The notes under the pieces are model-generated. The model ran no database searches, was not told where the DNA came from, and saw only the letters and a program-made list of their open reading frames with translations. Of a stretch of 64,000 nucleotides of DNA, positions 50,768 to 62,592 are shown piece by piece (position 1 is the first letter of the stretch; the number at the start of each line of letters is the position of its first letter). The DNA lies in assembly GCA_965603825.1 (NCBI GenBank), contig CBFDEM010000045.1, forward strand, positions 434,001-498,000, written 5' to 3'. Both the position numbers and the translations under genes were made by a program. This stretch comes from Blepharisma stoltei ATCC 30299. Taxonomy: Eukaryota > Protista > Ciliophora.

Positions 50768-51256
50768 TTACGAATAAATTTGAGCTCCAAAGCGATCAAT
50801 CGGCCAGACAACTTTTATGACTTCTCCTTCTATTAGTCCCAGTGGAATCGAAGTGCTTCCAATTTCATCTACATGTGATGGATTTTCTGGCGTCACCCAC
50901 GCATGCCCAGCTTGTACATAAATAAACCCATTTCCAGATGGACACCATTCTCCTTCAACACATTTAACCTTTCTAATAACTCTTTCTCTAGGATTATATG
51001 GATTCTTTAAAATAACGATCTTGTCTTTTAAGGATTTCAGCTTGGTACTTGGGGAAACACTTCCAACCAGCACATAATCATCTTCAATAAGGCTTGATGA
51101 AGTCTTTAAATTGGGATTTAATGTGGGATACATAGAATCTCCTTTTACTCTTCCTTTTTAGAAATTACTGATATTGTAGAACTCGTTATTGAAGACTCAT
51201 ATAATTGGGACAAGTGGCAGAATTTTCTTCGCTATCGGTGAAATCCATAAAGCCAT
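50768..51256 (-). CDS. Mitochondrial inner-membrane peptidase IMP1/IMP2-like (S26), one 15-nt intron
   Basis: VKGDSMYPTLNP, VQAGHAWV, IPLGLIEG..VVWP. Intron 51154-51168 removes a TAA. Confidence 0.8.
51154..51168 (-). other. 15-nt intron GTAATTTCTAAAAAG
   Basis: Consensus, A at -6, contains an in-frame TAA. Confidence 0.8.
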
Positions 51257-51528
51257 TATTGATAATAAATATTTTTAGTAGGGCATTAGACCTTGTTTTT
51301 AGGAAAAAGTTATCGATATTTAGGTAATATTTTTAAATAATAATTCAATTTATAATTAATGTTTTTTAATGAAAATTGAAGTCCCTTTTTATTTTAGCTA
51401 AAAATTTAAATTTATTTTATACTTTAGGCTATGCGTTTTCCTATATTTGCCATAGTTTACTCTGCAATTTTTTTTACTATCATTTTTCCATTAAGAAGTT
51501 GTTTACCTCTTTCTAATATGGTTATAAT

Positions 51529-52113
51529 ATGATATTTCTTGCTCTCGTAATTTCAGTAATCACTGCTTGCGAGTTTTCATGTCATTCAAAATGCTCAACG
51601 GTTGATTGTATTCACAAATGTGGATGCAATGAGACTTTTAAGTTTACTTATCAGTCTGCTGAGTATATATTTAAGCCTTATGCCACAGGAGAAATCGAAT
51701 TTATTGAGAAAGATATAGGTTGCAACTTAAGCCAAGCGGAATTTTGTAAGCAAAGTTTGCAAAACGAAGAGATATATAGCTGCATAGTTTCAGCAGGGTG
51801 CGAGCAAATGCTGATTTCAGAAGTAAAAATCCTGAATATGGATGATACTGAATGCATTGACACATGCACAAATAGTTGCAAAGGACAATTAAAAGACAAA
51901 TTGGATCAATGCTTGGAGCTCTGCTTAAAAAGTAGTTGTGCAGGGCTCTCTAGTGATGAGGCTGGAACAGTAAGTGGGCTGATGAATTTTGGAACAACAA
52001 TATCACTCAGTGGTGCTATATTAATCAGTATATTTGGATTGGTATTTTATTGCCAAGCTGCAAGGAAAAATTCAAGATATGAAGAACAAGAAATGTACCA
52101 TCGATTGATATAA
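51529..52113 (+). CDS. Small Cys-rich type I membrane protein
   Basis: Signal peptide, Cx3C-rich ectodomain, TM helix, short Tyr-containing tail. Confidence 0.75.
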   Translation: MIFLALVISVITACEFSCHSKCSTVDCIHKCGCNETFKFTYQSAEYIFKPYATGEIEFIEKDIGCNLSQAEFCKQSLQNEEIYSCIVSAGCEQMLISEVKILNMDDTECIDTCTNSCKGQLKDKLDQCLELCLKSSCAGLSSDEAGTVSGLMNFGTTISLSGAILISIFGLVFYCQAARKNSRYEEQEMYHRLI

Positions 52114-52195
52114 CAGCCTTTAATTAAATTGTGCTTATTATTTAATATTAATTATTCAATTTTCTAATTAATATGAAATTTATAAAATAGACTAG

Positions 52196-52693
52196 ATGCG
52201 CAGAAGCATCAAAAGGCATAAAGTAAGAATAGAATACAAAAATATTTATTCAGTCATTCAAAGCTTAAAATGTGACGATTTTCAAAGTCTGCAAGGAGAA
52301 ATAGAAAAAGGTTATGACCCAGAATATGGAGATGGCCAGCTTTCACTTGTCCACTACTGCGTAATTTATGAGTCATCAAAGTGCTTAAACTATTTATTAG
52401 AAGAAATAAAAATCTCGCCAAATCAATTTGACACATCGAGCAGAGGAACCCCTCTTCATTTAGCAATTTCTCAAAATAAGATCGAAATTGCTAAAATTTT
52501 GGTCAATTCTGGAGCTGATCTTTGTACTGCAAATTTCAATGGAGCATCACCAATTAATTTATTGGAAAATCAAAACTCTGACGACTGGCAGGTTGTTCTT
52601 GATTTGGCCAAAGAGAAAATAATAAAATCAATTTGAGATAGACAGAAGGCTTTTATTTATCTTCGCTTATGTTTCAAAACATCTTTAGTGTAG
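52196..52693 (+). CDS. Ankyrin-repeat protein (~165 aa)
   Basis: GTPLHLAI..IAKILVNSGAD..N..GASP; continues after TGA to TAG at 52693. Confidence 0.8.
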
Positions 52694-52837
52694 GATATGT
52701 AAAAAATTAAAAATCCTTGGAATAATATGGCTAAAGTATCAATCCTAAAAAAGAAATAAAAAGTAGTGGGATTGCTTCGGTTTTTAGACAGCTCCATATA
52801 ATTATTAATTTTACCCAAAACGAGGAATTTTATATAA

Positions 52838-53860
52838 TTATTTATCAGGTTTTTTCTTTGTATATCTAATTTCAACCTTATCCTCATACTCTTGTATTTC
52901 TCCATACTCCATATCTTCATCAATAACCTCTTCTGCAAGTGTTTTTATATCAATACCTTTTGCCCCTCTCTTCAGCGGTTTTTGTTGAGAATCATGCTCT
53001 TTTCATCCAATATAATGAACCATATCAAAAGTAGCAGGAAGTTTTCCTGTGTATTGGCCTTCCCTAACCTTAAATAAATGCTCATAAATTGCAGCTGCCG
53101 CGATAAAAGTGTCTCTTGAAACGCTTTTTCTTGCATTTAACGAAGCATTTCCTTCCCCAACAGATTGAAGAAAATTCATTAGTTGAAAAGCGTCGTTAAA
53201 ATAAAGAGTTTTTTGATCTGCAGTTGCGGTGACTAATTTATAATTAACTTTGTATAAGATTTGCCCTATATCTGTTAAATGAAACATAGGAGAAACGTGA
53301 GGGCTTACCCCTCCTTCTCTTTCTTGCTCTCCTAAAGATAAAGCAATTCTAAGTTCCTGCAAAGTGTCTCCACCCATTGCAGTACCTATTAGAGCTCCGT
53401 CTGGCTGTAGAGAAAGCAAGCACTTCTCAAGGGTTTGCCCAATTTTATTCAGTCAGTGTAATTGTAAGTTATTTACAATGAGATTAAAATAATTTTCAGG
53501 GAATGATCAATTTTCTTCATCTAGATACAATCCTGTGTATTTGAAGGATGGATTAAGATTTTTTATTTCTTTTAGCGAGAAATCAAGACTTTCTTTACAG
53601 GAATCTATGATAGTCAGTCCTTTTAAGTTTAAAAAATTGTTTGAGTGTATATCCCTTGCTCATAGGTGAGCCATTGGCCCAATAAAGCATGCATTTGAAA
53701 AATTTCTGCCTTTAATTGATCCAAGTCTGCTTAAGATATCTTGAATGCTTAGTTCATGGTAATAAATTTCTGATGCTTGAATATTTTTTGATATTCTTCT
53801 TTTGTGGAGAATCTTTAAGCCTCTATCAAAAACATCTTTCAGCACCCCTTTAGATCCCAT
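52838..53860 (-). CDS. NDUFAF5: NDUFAF5-like SAM-dependent complex I assembly hydroxylase
   Basis: VFDR.LK..H, LDEE, LH(W)LN, GGDTLQELRIAL.LGEQEREGGVSPHVSP, PATF...IG(W)K...QKPLKRG. Confidence 0.9.
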
Positions 53861-54002
53861 TTACTATTAGATATATTAAATGCTTAACTTAAGACACCTT
53901 TAATAGTTTGGACTATTGCAGCACATTCAGCAGCAATTATAAAAAATGATAACTTCAAAGAATATTCACATAAATTTATGAATAAATAAGGATTACCATC
54001 AC

Positions 54003-54536
54003 ATGAAATCTCATATAACCCTAACCTATGAGCCTTTAAACCTAGACTATTATGTATCACAGGCCTCAGACCCTTCCTGCGGTGCTATTTCTGTATTTAT
54101 TGGGACCACTCGTGATAATTTTGATGGCAAACGAGTTGTTAGACTTGAATACGAAGCATATGCACCCATGGCAGAAAGGAAAATCAATAAAATAATCGAA
54201 GAAGCCAGTAAACTATGGCCACTCCATTCTGCAATAGTTGCCCACAGACTAGGACACGTTCCTACGACCGAAGCCAGCATCATCATTGTTTGCTCCTCAT
54301 CTCATAGAACCGAAAGTTTAATGGCAGTCTCCTATATAATTGATCACCTTAAAGCAGAAGTTCCTATATGAAAAAAAGAGATATATGAAGATAGTGGAGC
54401 ATGAAAGGCAAACAAAGAATGGCGGCATCCAATGGATATTCAAAATAGAACACTGGCACAAAATATTGAAAATTTAGAAAGCGAGTATAAAGACAGAGAA
54501 AAAGTTGATGATATTGGTCCTTCACTTAACAGATAA
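54003..54536 (+). CDS. MOCS2: Molybdopterin synthase catalytic subunit (MoaE/MOCS2B)
   Basis: CGAISVFIGTTRD..LEYEAY.PMA, HRLG, PI(W)KKEIYE..(W)KANKE, with both W encoded by TGA. Confidence 0.93.
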
Positions 54537-55518
54537 TAATAGCATTTTTATTTTTAAATTATTTAATATTTTCTGCATAGGTAAATTATAGAGATTTTAA
54601 AACAATTAAGCATTTTTGATTATTTTTCTTAATTTTTGATGAATTATGTGTAGAGGTGATTGACTAGATTCCATTTTACACTTTACTATACTTTCATAAT
54701 AAACTCTCCATTTATTGTATCCGATTTCTGAATACTCTGCTTCCGTCTGATTTTATGGGCTAGGTAAAATTAAAACATGTGCAATAAAGAAAATTTAAAT
54801 AAATACTTAATTAATTAATTTCTCCAATTAAGCATTGAGTAAATTGGTTTATATATCACATTGAAATAAAAAGAAAATTTCTGCACGAATTTAGCATACT
54901 ATTTGAAGCAAAACAATCTATAATTGATTTGTTTTATGAGAGAAAGCATTATATGCAAGATTAAAGTGATCAGCATGCAAAATGAGTATTGAATTTTTCA
55001 ATAGACAAAGGACTGTAACATTCCAGAATTCTGCAATGGCAATTACCGTCAAACCATAACTTATTTAATTTGCTTTTCAACCTCTATTTATTACTCGCAC
55101 ATTAATTTCTATAAGAATAATAAACACTTTTAATTTATCAAACCAATCTGCTGCAATTATAAGCATCTTTCACATTTTTTTAGCACACTCTCTCTTTTAT
55201 TCTCAAAGTTTAATGGATTTCATGAAATTCGAAAAGCTTCAACGAAAATTAGCAAATCTTGCAATGTCTCATCTCTTTAAATTTTTTATCTATTCAATAT
55301 CCTAGTATTCTTTATCTTCGTAAATCGTTAATTTTCGTTTATAAAAATTCCACCTAAAATTTTCATCACTTACATAATGCCTTATGACGGCTCCAAACAA
55401 GTATTTATATCAGATTTTGATAGTCTTTTTGTATTATTCTTTCTAGATCTGGCTACTCTGAAAACTGACCTAGCATAAAACGGATATTTTTCTGATCTCA
55501 TGCTTCAATAATCATAAA

Positions 55519-58500
55519 ATGGACGACTTCGTAACAGGAACATACATAGTCTGTGCTATATTCTTCATACTTTCTCTTGGAGGACTAAGCAATCAATTAA
55601 CTGCAAAGCGAGGAAATTACCTAGGAATAATTGCGATGACCCTTGCAATCATAGCGACCTTTTTTGCCGATGAATTCGACTATCAGTTCGCTATATTCTT
55701 TTTTATGCTTGTGCTCGGCGGTCTAATAGGATGCGCTATGGCTCTTAGAGTGGAAATGATCAATATGCCCCAAATGGTTGCAGCACTTCATAGCTTTGTA
55801 GGACTTGCCGCAACCCTTGTGTCATTTGGACACTATTTGCTTCACACGGACCAAGACAACCTAGCAAGAATCGAAACAAATATTGGGGTCTTTATTGGTG
55901 CAGTCACCTTTACAGGGTCAGTTGTGGCCTGGGGAAAATTACAAGGCGTTATAAGGAGCCAGCCTTTGATAATACTAGGCTGGGGAAGACACGTAATAAA
56001 TTGCTTATGCATCATTGCATGCATTGCTATTGCGATTGTTTTTGGTCTAACGGATAACGACGAAACTTTGACCAAATTTTTCTTATTGTTAGCAATCTCT
56101 TTTATTGCTGGATTTTTAGGGTGGCATTTGGTAATGGCTATTGGAGGAGCTGATATGCCAGTCGTGGTGTCCATGCTAAATTCTTACTCAGGCTGGGCCA
56201 CTTCTGCCAGTGGATTTTTGCTAGAAAATGAGCTACTCATCATTACAGGAGCACTTGTAGGATCTAGTGGAGCTATTTTGAGCTACATTATGTGCAAGGC
56301 TATGAATCGGTCCTTTATCAGTGTGATTTCAGGAGGATTTGGACAAGGCACAGGATCTCCTTCATCAGCAGCCAAGGCACAAAAAGGTGAGCAAAAGCCA
56401 ATTGACGCCAAAGGAATGCTTAACCTATTAAGAGACGCCAAAAGAATTATTATTGTTCCAGGGTATGGTATGGCCGTTGCCAGATGTCAGCATGACGTCG
56501 GAACATTCGCAGATTTTTTAATCAAAAGAGGCCGAAGGGTGGAATTTTGTATCCATCCAGTCGCAGGAAGACTTCCTGGACATATGAATGTACTTTTAGC
56601 AGAAGCTGAAGTAGACTATGGCATTGTAAGAGAAATGGACGAGATCAACAAAGAATTCCCAGAGACAGACATTGTCATGGTTATTGGTGCTAATGATATT
56701 GTTAACCCTGACGCTCAAGACGACCCGAATTCTCCTATTGCTGGAATGCCAGTCTGCGAAGTCTGGAAAGCAAAAAACGTCATTGTCTTCAAAAGAGGAG
56801 GTGGGACAGGGTATGCAGGAGTAGAAAACCCTTTATTCTTAAAGCCAAACACAAAAATGTACTTCGGTAACGCTGACAAGTCAATGAAAGAAATACTGAA
56901 CATCATGACTATGAATGAAACCATGTTTGGCGAAGCCAAAAATTCTACTTCATCTGACACAGGCCCAGAATCTTCTGACTCAGAAGAAGAAGTTGAGAAA
57001 TTCCCTGAGCCAAAAATGACAATTGGAGTGCCTAAAGAAATTACTCCCCTCGAACAAAGAGTTGCAATAACTCCAGGAACTGTCAAAAAATTCAGAAAAT
57101 TAGGCTTTAGAGTCGTTGTTGAAAAAGGAGCTGGAGAAGGTGCGAAATTTTCTGACGAAGAATACACAGAAGAAGGGGCTGAGGTTGCGAGCACTGAACA
57201 AGTGTGGGCCTGCGATATCGTGCTAAAGGTGAAAAAGCCAGACCACCACCCAGTTCTGAATAAACATGAGGACACTTTGTTACAAAATACCAAACTGTTG
57301 GTTAGCTATGTGTATCCTGCCAACAATAAAGAATGGCTGGAAAATTTGGCCTCCCGATATCCGAACTTGACTTATTTAGCTATGGAATGTGTACCTCGTA
57401 TTACAAAAGCCCAGAAACTTGACTCTTTGAGCTCAATGGCTAATATAGGAGGATATAGAGCAGTTGTGGAAGCTTTCCAGTATTTCAGAAGATGCCCAAA
57501 GCCAATGATCACAGCTGCTGGAAAACTCCCTCCTGCTGAAGTTTTAGTCATCGGAGCTGGAGTAGCTGGCCTTTCTGCTATTGGCTATTGCAAAAACCTA
57601 GGCTGCAACGTATACGCAATGGACACCCGCTCAGCTGCCAAAGTAGATGCCGAATCCATGGGTGCTAAATTTTTGTCAGTCCCAATCCAAGAAGAAGGAC
57701 AAGTAGCTGGAGGATACGCCAAAGTTATGTCAGAAGAATACCAAAAAGCCCAATACCAATTAACAAAAAGAACTGTAAGGAAATGCGACATTGTGATAAC
57801 AACTGCTCTAATTCCTGGCAGGCCTGCACCTAAACTTGTAGACGACGAATGCATCAAAGGCATGAGACCTGGGAGTGTCGTCGTTGATATGGCTGCCGAA
57901 ATGGGAGGAAACTGCGCATACACAAAAGCAAATGAAGTCATAGTAACTGAAAATGGAGTCACTATTGTTGGATTCACAGACTTAACGAGCAGAATGGCAC
58001 CACAAAGCTCAGAGCTCTATGCAAATAACTTGTATAATTTATTAGACGAAATGGGAGGAGCTGAAAAATTCAATATAAATATGAAAGATGAAATCATCGC
58101 CCCAATGTCTGTGGTTCATGAAGGAAAAATGGTATGGAGCCCACCTAAGCCTTTGCCTCCTCCTAAAGCTCCTGAAGCTCCTAAAGAAATCTCAAAAGAA
58201 CCTGAAAAACCAACGAAAAAGCCAACAAAAGAAACTCCTTGGTGGTACATGTACGTCGAATTTGCATTTTTAGCTGCAATTTGTGCAGGAGGGTTTATTG
58301 GGCTTGCATATTCCACTTATGGAGACTTCATGAGTCTTTTTATGACTTTTGTTTTAGCAGTTGTAATTGGCTACATGGTTATTTGGAACGTAACACCTGC
58401 CCTACATACACCACTGATGAGCGTCACTAATGCAATTTCTGGTATCATCGTAATCGGCGCTATGATGCTTTTAGACTCAAATGATGGCTGGATTGATGAA

Positions 58501-58689
58501 GGCTCTGCAGTTGGCGCCATTGCGATATTTTTCGCAAGTATAAATATTTTTGGTGGTTTTATTGTAACAGACAGAATGCTTTCAATGTTCAAGACCAATG
58601 CAATGCCAGAGCCAGGTCTGCATCACCACAACACTTTGCACCACCCTCACCATCACCATCACCATACTCACCAAAATGAAAAACCTTAA
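55519..58689 (+). CDS. NNT: Proton-translocating NAD(P) transhydrogenase, single chain in beta-alpha order
   Basis: Beta part: [58 protein letters not shown]. Linker. Alpha part: [40 protein letters not shown]. Confidence 0.96.
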   Translation: MDDFVTGTYIVCAIFFILSLGGLSNQLTAKRGNYLGIIAMTLAIIATFFADEFDYQFAIFFFMLVLGGLIGCAMALRVEMINMPQMVAALHSFVGLAATLVSFGHYLLHTDQDNLARIETNIGVFIGAVTFTGSVVAWGKLQGVIRSQPLIILGWGRHVINCLCIIACIAIAIVFGLTDNDETLTKFFLLLAISFIAGFLGWHLVMAIGGADMPVVVSMLNSYSGWATSASGFLLENELLIITGALVGSSGAILSYIMCKAMNRSFISVISGGFGQGTGSPSSAAKAQKGEQKPIDAKGMLNLLRDAKRIIIVPGYGMAVARCQHDVGTFADFLIKRGRRVEFCIHPVAGRLPGHMNVLLAEAEVDYGIVREMDEINKEFPETDIVMVIGANDIVNPDAQDDPNSPIAGMPVCEVWKAKNVIVFKRGGGTGYAGVENPLFLKPNTKMYFGNADKSMKEILNIMTMNETMFGEAKNSTSSDTGPESSDSEEEVEKFPEPKMTIGVPKEITPLEQRVAITPGTVKKFRKLGFRVVVEKGAGEGAKFSDEEYTEEGAEVASTEQVWACDIVLKVKKPDHHPVLNKHEDTLLQNTKLLVSYVYPANNKEWLENLASRYPNLTYLAMECVPRITKAQKLDSLSSMANIGGYRAVVEAFQYFRRCPKPMITAAGKLPPAEVLVIGAGVAGLSAIGYCKNLGCNVYAMDTRSAAKVDAESMGAKFLSVPIQEEGQVAGGYAKVMSEEYQKAQYQLTKRTVRKCDIVITTALIPGRPAPKLVDDECIKGMRPGSVVVDMAAEMGGNCAYTKANEVIVTENGVTIVGFTDLTSRMAPQSSELYANNLYNLLDEMGGAEKFNINMKDEIIAPMSVVHEGKMVWSPPKPLPPPKAPEAPKEISKEPEKPTKKPTKETPWWYMYVEFAFLAAICAGGFIGLAYSTYGDFMSLFMTFVLAVVIGYMVIWNVTPALHTPLMSVTNAISGIIVIGAMMLLDSNDGWIDEGSAVGAIAIFFASINIFGGFIVTDRMLSMFKTNAMPEPGLHHHNTLHHPHHHHHHTHQNEKP

Positions 58690-58770
58690 TAAGAATTAAT
58701 ATAATAGTCATATAAATGGATCCATAAAGAACGTCTCAAACTATTTCTACTTTCAAACAATAAAATATTT

Positions 58771-59871
58771 ATGGAAGATCAGTGCGCAACTCCAACTCGT
58801 GACTCGGTCAAATCAAACCCTTCGTCAGAGCCTTCTAAAGTATCTACTCCTATGAGCTCTGGACAGCCAAAGCCTAGGCTTTCAAAAAGACGATATACTC
58901 CGTCTGATTCGCCGGTATCGCCGCATGAAGGGTTCAGGACATCAATATTAGTGCTTAATTCTTTGGAGGAAAATTCAAGACCACATAGCAAACTTTTAAA
59001 ATTCATGCAGCAAAGACCAGGAGAAGAAAAACCAAGACAAGTGATGCTGCCTTTATTTTTCCACAAAAAGTCTGAGAGGATTCACAAAAGACAAGCTAGT
59101 TTGACGATGCCTACACAGCCTTCAACTTTTAATCAAATTTTTGAAAATGTTAACCCTTTTCAAAAATCAAATTTGAAAAGGGTAAATTCGGCGGGCAAAA
59201 GGAAAACAGTTTCATTTTGCAGTGACCTAGATAACTTTACAGCTATTGATAGGTTTGCATCTGCAGGGCATAGTCCTGAGCAAAGTGTGGTAGATTCCAT
59301 AGTTTTCACTGGAAGCCAAGACCCAGATATATTAGTGGACAGTTTGGAGGTAAATGACCACAGAATGGAAAAAAGAGACAAAGGAAGCATTGGGACCTTT
59401 ACAACAGCTCAAAGCTCATTTGCGGAATCAAAAACCCAAGATCATTCTCATGACAATTTGAAAAAGAAATTTGATGACTGCGAAATTTATATAGGAAATC
59501 TCCCTAAAGAAGAATCTAAAAGTATCCCAACCACATGTGCAGGAACCTTATGCACTCAGACTAATCAGGAAAATAATGATGAAGTTCCTGAGTTCTTTTC
59601 AGAAAGAATTGATTTTGAATACGAAAATGAGGTAAAGTCAAGTGTTTTGAACATCCCAGAATTTTCAGAATATCCTACTATTGGGTATTGCAGAAATTGC
59701 TCTAAGGAAACAGTAACAATAGTGGAGTATGAAAAAATAAAAGGTAAAGGATTTTTTGAAAAAATTGAATCATTAATGTGTTTCTGCGTCCCTGCTTGGA
59801 TGTATAAAAGTCATTACTTTGTGCATAAATGCCCAACTTGTGCAGAAGAAATAGCTAGAGTTATTGCATAA
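58771..59871 (+). CDS. Disordered protein with C-terminal LITAF-like zinc-binding domain
   Basis: YCRNCSKETVT..hydrophobic segment..HKCPTC. Confidence 0.75.
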   Translation: MEDQCATPTRDSVKSNPSSEPSKVSTPMSSGQPKPRLSKRRYTPSDSPVSPHEGFRTSILVLNSLEENSRPHSKLLKFMQQRPGEEKPRQVMLPLFFHKKSERIHKRQASLTMPTQPSTFNQIFENVNPFQKSNLKRVNSAGKRKTVSFCSDLDNFTAIDRFASAGHSPEQSVVDSIVFTGSQDPDILVDSLEVNDHRMEKRDKGSIGTFTTAQSSFAESKTQDHSHDNLKKKFDDCEIYIGNLPKEESKSIPTTCAGTLCTQTNQENNDEVPEFFSERIDFEYENEVKSSVLNIPEFSEYPTIGYCRNCSKETVTIVEYEKIKGKGFFEKIESLMCFCVPAWMYKSHYFVHKCPTCAEEIARVIA

Positions 59872-60099
59872 ATTAATAAATACCAATTATCATTTTATCA
59901 TTACCTAAATTTTATAACTTTTATATGTAAGCCTTAATAAACTACTATGACATGCTCTATTTAATTTTTTATCTCATAAATTCAAATTATATAACATTTA
60001 TAATAAAAGCTACTTATCTAGTCTTTTCTATTAAATTTTGCATATAATTTATATGCATGAATTTGAATATTTATTAATATTAAAGAAATTCATCATACA

Positions 60100-62511
60100 A
60101 TGGAATTCGGAATTCATCCTTTACCTTTAGATGATATCGACAACCAAGACAAAGTTAACTTAAGAGACTTAATCCTGCGCCGACTTTCAGCAGCAAAAGA
60201 GCAGAAGCAGCGAACTACACAAAGCTTGTCATTAACTCCAGATAATAATCAATCATCTTCTACTTTTTTACCTCAAGCTTTCCAAACTCAGTCTCCAGAT
60301 ATTGAAAAGCAGCTACTTCTAACGATGCTGGAAAAAACCCAAACCTTAACCAATCAAAATCAAGTCACTTTTGCCCAGGAAAGGAAAACTCTTGAAAACC
60401 AAATCGAATCTCTGCTATCACAAGTTCACAATTTGCAGCAAAGAAATATCGCTTTGAGCGAAGAAATGGAAAAATATAAAAAATATCCAGGAAGTGATAT
60501 GTCCCATCTCCAATTTTTGGAGGAACTGAAAAGCTTAGAAAAGATCAGTGATGAGAGAGAAAAGAAATATTGCGAAGAAATAACGAGTCTTAAGCGTGAG
60601 CTTTCAGAAGCAAAACTATTGAGTACTTTAGAAAGAAGTAGTTCATATCTGAACAGTGAGGAAAAATCGCAAACAGTTTTAAGCAAACGACTAATTGAGC
60701 TGGAAAATAAATTTGAGGAGGCAAAAAAAATTATAATTGATAAAGATAGAGAACTAAAAAAATTCCAAGATAATTTAGCATGAAGCCCACAAGGAAATAT
60801 AGGGATTTCAATAAAGGGAAACTCAGAATTGAAAGCAGAGAATGAAAAATTGGAAAGGAACATGAAAAGGCTGATTAGTATGTCATGCAAAAGAGAAGCT
60901 GTGCTAACTGAAGAAATAGAAAGGCTTAGAAATACCAGTTCACATTTAAATGAACTGACGCATAACAGAGAAATTGAGCTTCAATCTCAAATAGAAAACC
61001 TCACAACGTCAATGACTAATTTACAGAAGAACTTTGAGCAGCAAGAAGGAATTTATCATAAAGAAAAAACTAATTGGCTTGAAGAAAGAGACTCATTGAT
61101 TTCTCAGTTGAAGCAGCTAAATGAAAGATATATACAAGCTGATCAAAATAGCTATAATAGGATTAGAAAAGAACTTGATGGAGTTTATGAAACTCTTGAA
61201 GAAAAAGACCGCATAATTGATCAGCTGAGAGAATCAGGGCTCTTTGTCATTGAAAATACTCAATCATTTGAAAATTTAGCTGAAATTAAAAATCAGCTGT
61301 CTGGGATTCATAGTGAGCTGGAAAAATTGAACCAAAATACTGTGGCTGTAAATGAAGCTTACTCAAAAGAGCAAACTGAAAGAGATGAAGAAATTTATAA
61401 ACTACATAACGAGCTGACAGAGCTAAGACACAAAATGTCAGTATATGAAGGAAAAAAATATGAGAGTGAGATAAGTACATTGAGGATTGACCTTCAAAAA
61501 GCATTAAGCGAAAAAGCTCACGCAAAAAGGCTAATTCTTGCTTATGTCCGATCAGTCCAGCACTTAGAAAAAATACTTTCAGAAAAGCAAAGCTTTTCTT
61601 TAGATGATCAAATCGCGACTTTGCAACTAGAAAATTCCAGACTTCAAGAAGAAAATCAAAGCTTAGTAGAAGCAAGACAAAAATTGTCCGAGACATATGA
61701 AGCTGAAATGAAACAGCTGCAAGATTTGATTGATAGCCAATATCTCAAAATCCAAGATTTACAAGCAAAAACTGAAGGAAGCTCAAAAGCAAGACTAAAA
61801 ATGATAAGCGAGCAAACCCATGCTTGGGAACTTAGACAAAAAACACTCCACGAGCTAAACAGACAGCTTCACGCACATGTGGGGCTAATTGAAGCAAAAT
61901 CCTTAACAGAGCTTCAAACCAAAGAAATCCAAGACTTAAAAAACAAGTTTGAAACCAATAAAAAAGGCCTAATTCAGCTCAGAGAAAGATGGGAAAAACA
62001 ACGAGAAGATATGAGACTAGAAATAGTAAATCTTAAGCAAAAAATTGTCGCCCTTGAAAACAAAGATCAGCACACCACTCAAGAGCTGAATAAACACTAC
62101 AATACAATTGTGAATAATTCAAAAGAAAATTTGAAATTAGAAGAAACCAGGCTCATTGAAATGAAAACCCAAAACGAAATTTTCAAAAAAACTTATGAAG
62201 AATTCGTAAGAAAACAAAAAAATTTTTATGAAAGCAATGATAATTTAATCAAAGTAATGAAAAAGGAATGCGAATTGGTAGGGAAAGAAATAGAAGAAAT
62301 AAAAAATATGCATAATGATGAAATTAAATTCATCAGAGAAACAGGACCTTTTGCAGAAATGCAACAATTAAAACAAGAAGTAAAGGATAGAGAAAGGAGT
62401 ATGAAGGAATTAGAAGATTATATTAGGGTGCTAGAGGATAAGCATAGCAAAGAGGTGGAGTCATTTTTGAAGCTTGATGAAAGTGATACACGTAAGAGGA
62501 AATGAATATAA
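60100..62511 (+). CDS. Large coiled-coil protein (~803 aa)
   Basis: ORFs 60100-60783 and 60829-62505 are in frame across a TGA; the end reads TGA-ATA-TAA (62511). Confidence 0.75.
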
Positions 62512-62592
62512 TAACTTAAATAAAATTTGTATCGTTTGAGATATTTATAAGGAAAATTTGAATTTATACCAATCACAAATAAAAAAATAATC

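Noticed and set aside
54017-54027. Telomere-like CCCTAAC
   Set aside because: Single copy inside the MOCS2 coding sequence; no tandem array.
54655-54750. Possible C/D snoRNA (GTGATTGA...CTGA)
   Set aside because: Box C is imperfect, and I could not identify a terminal stem or rRNA guide by eye.
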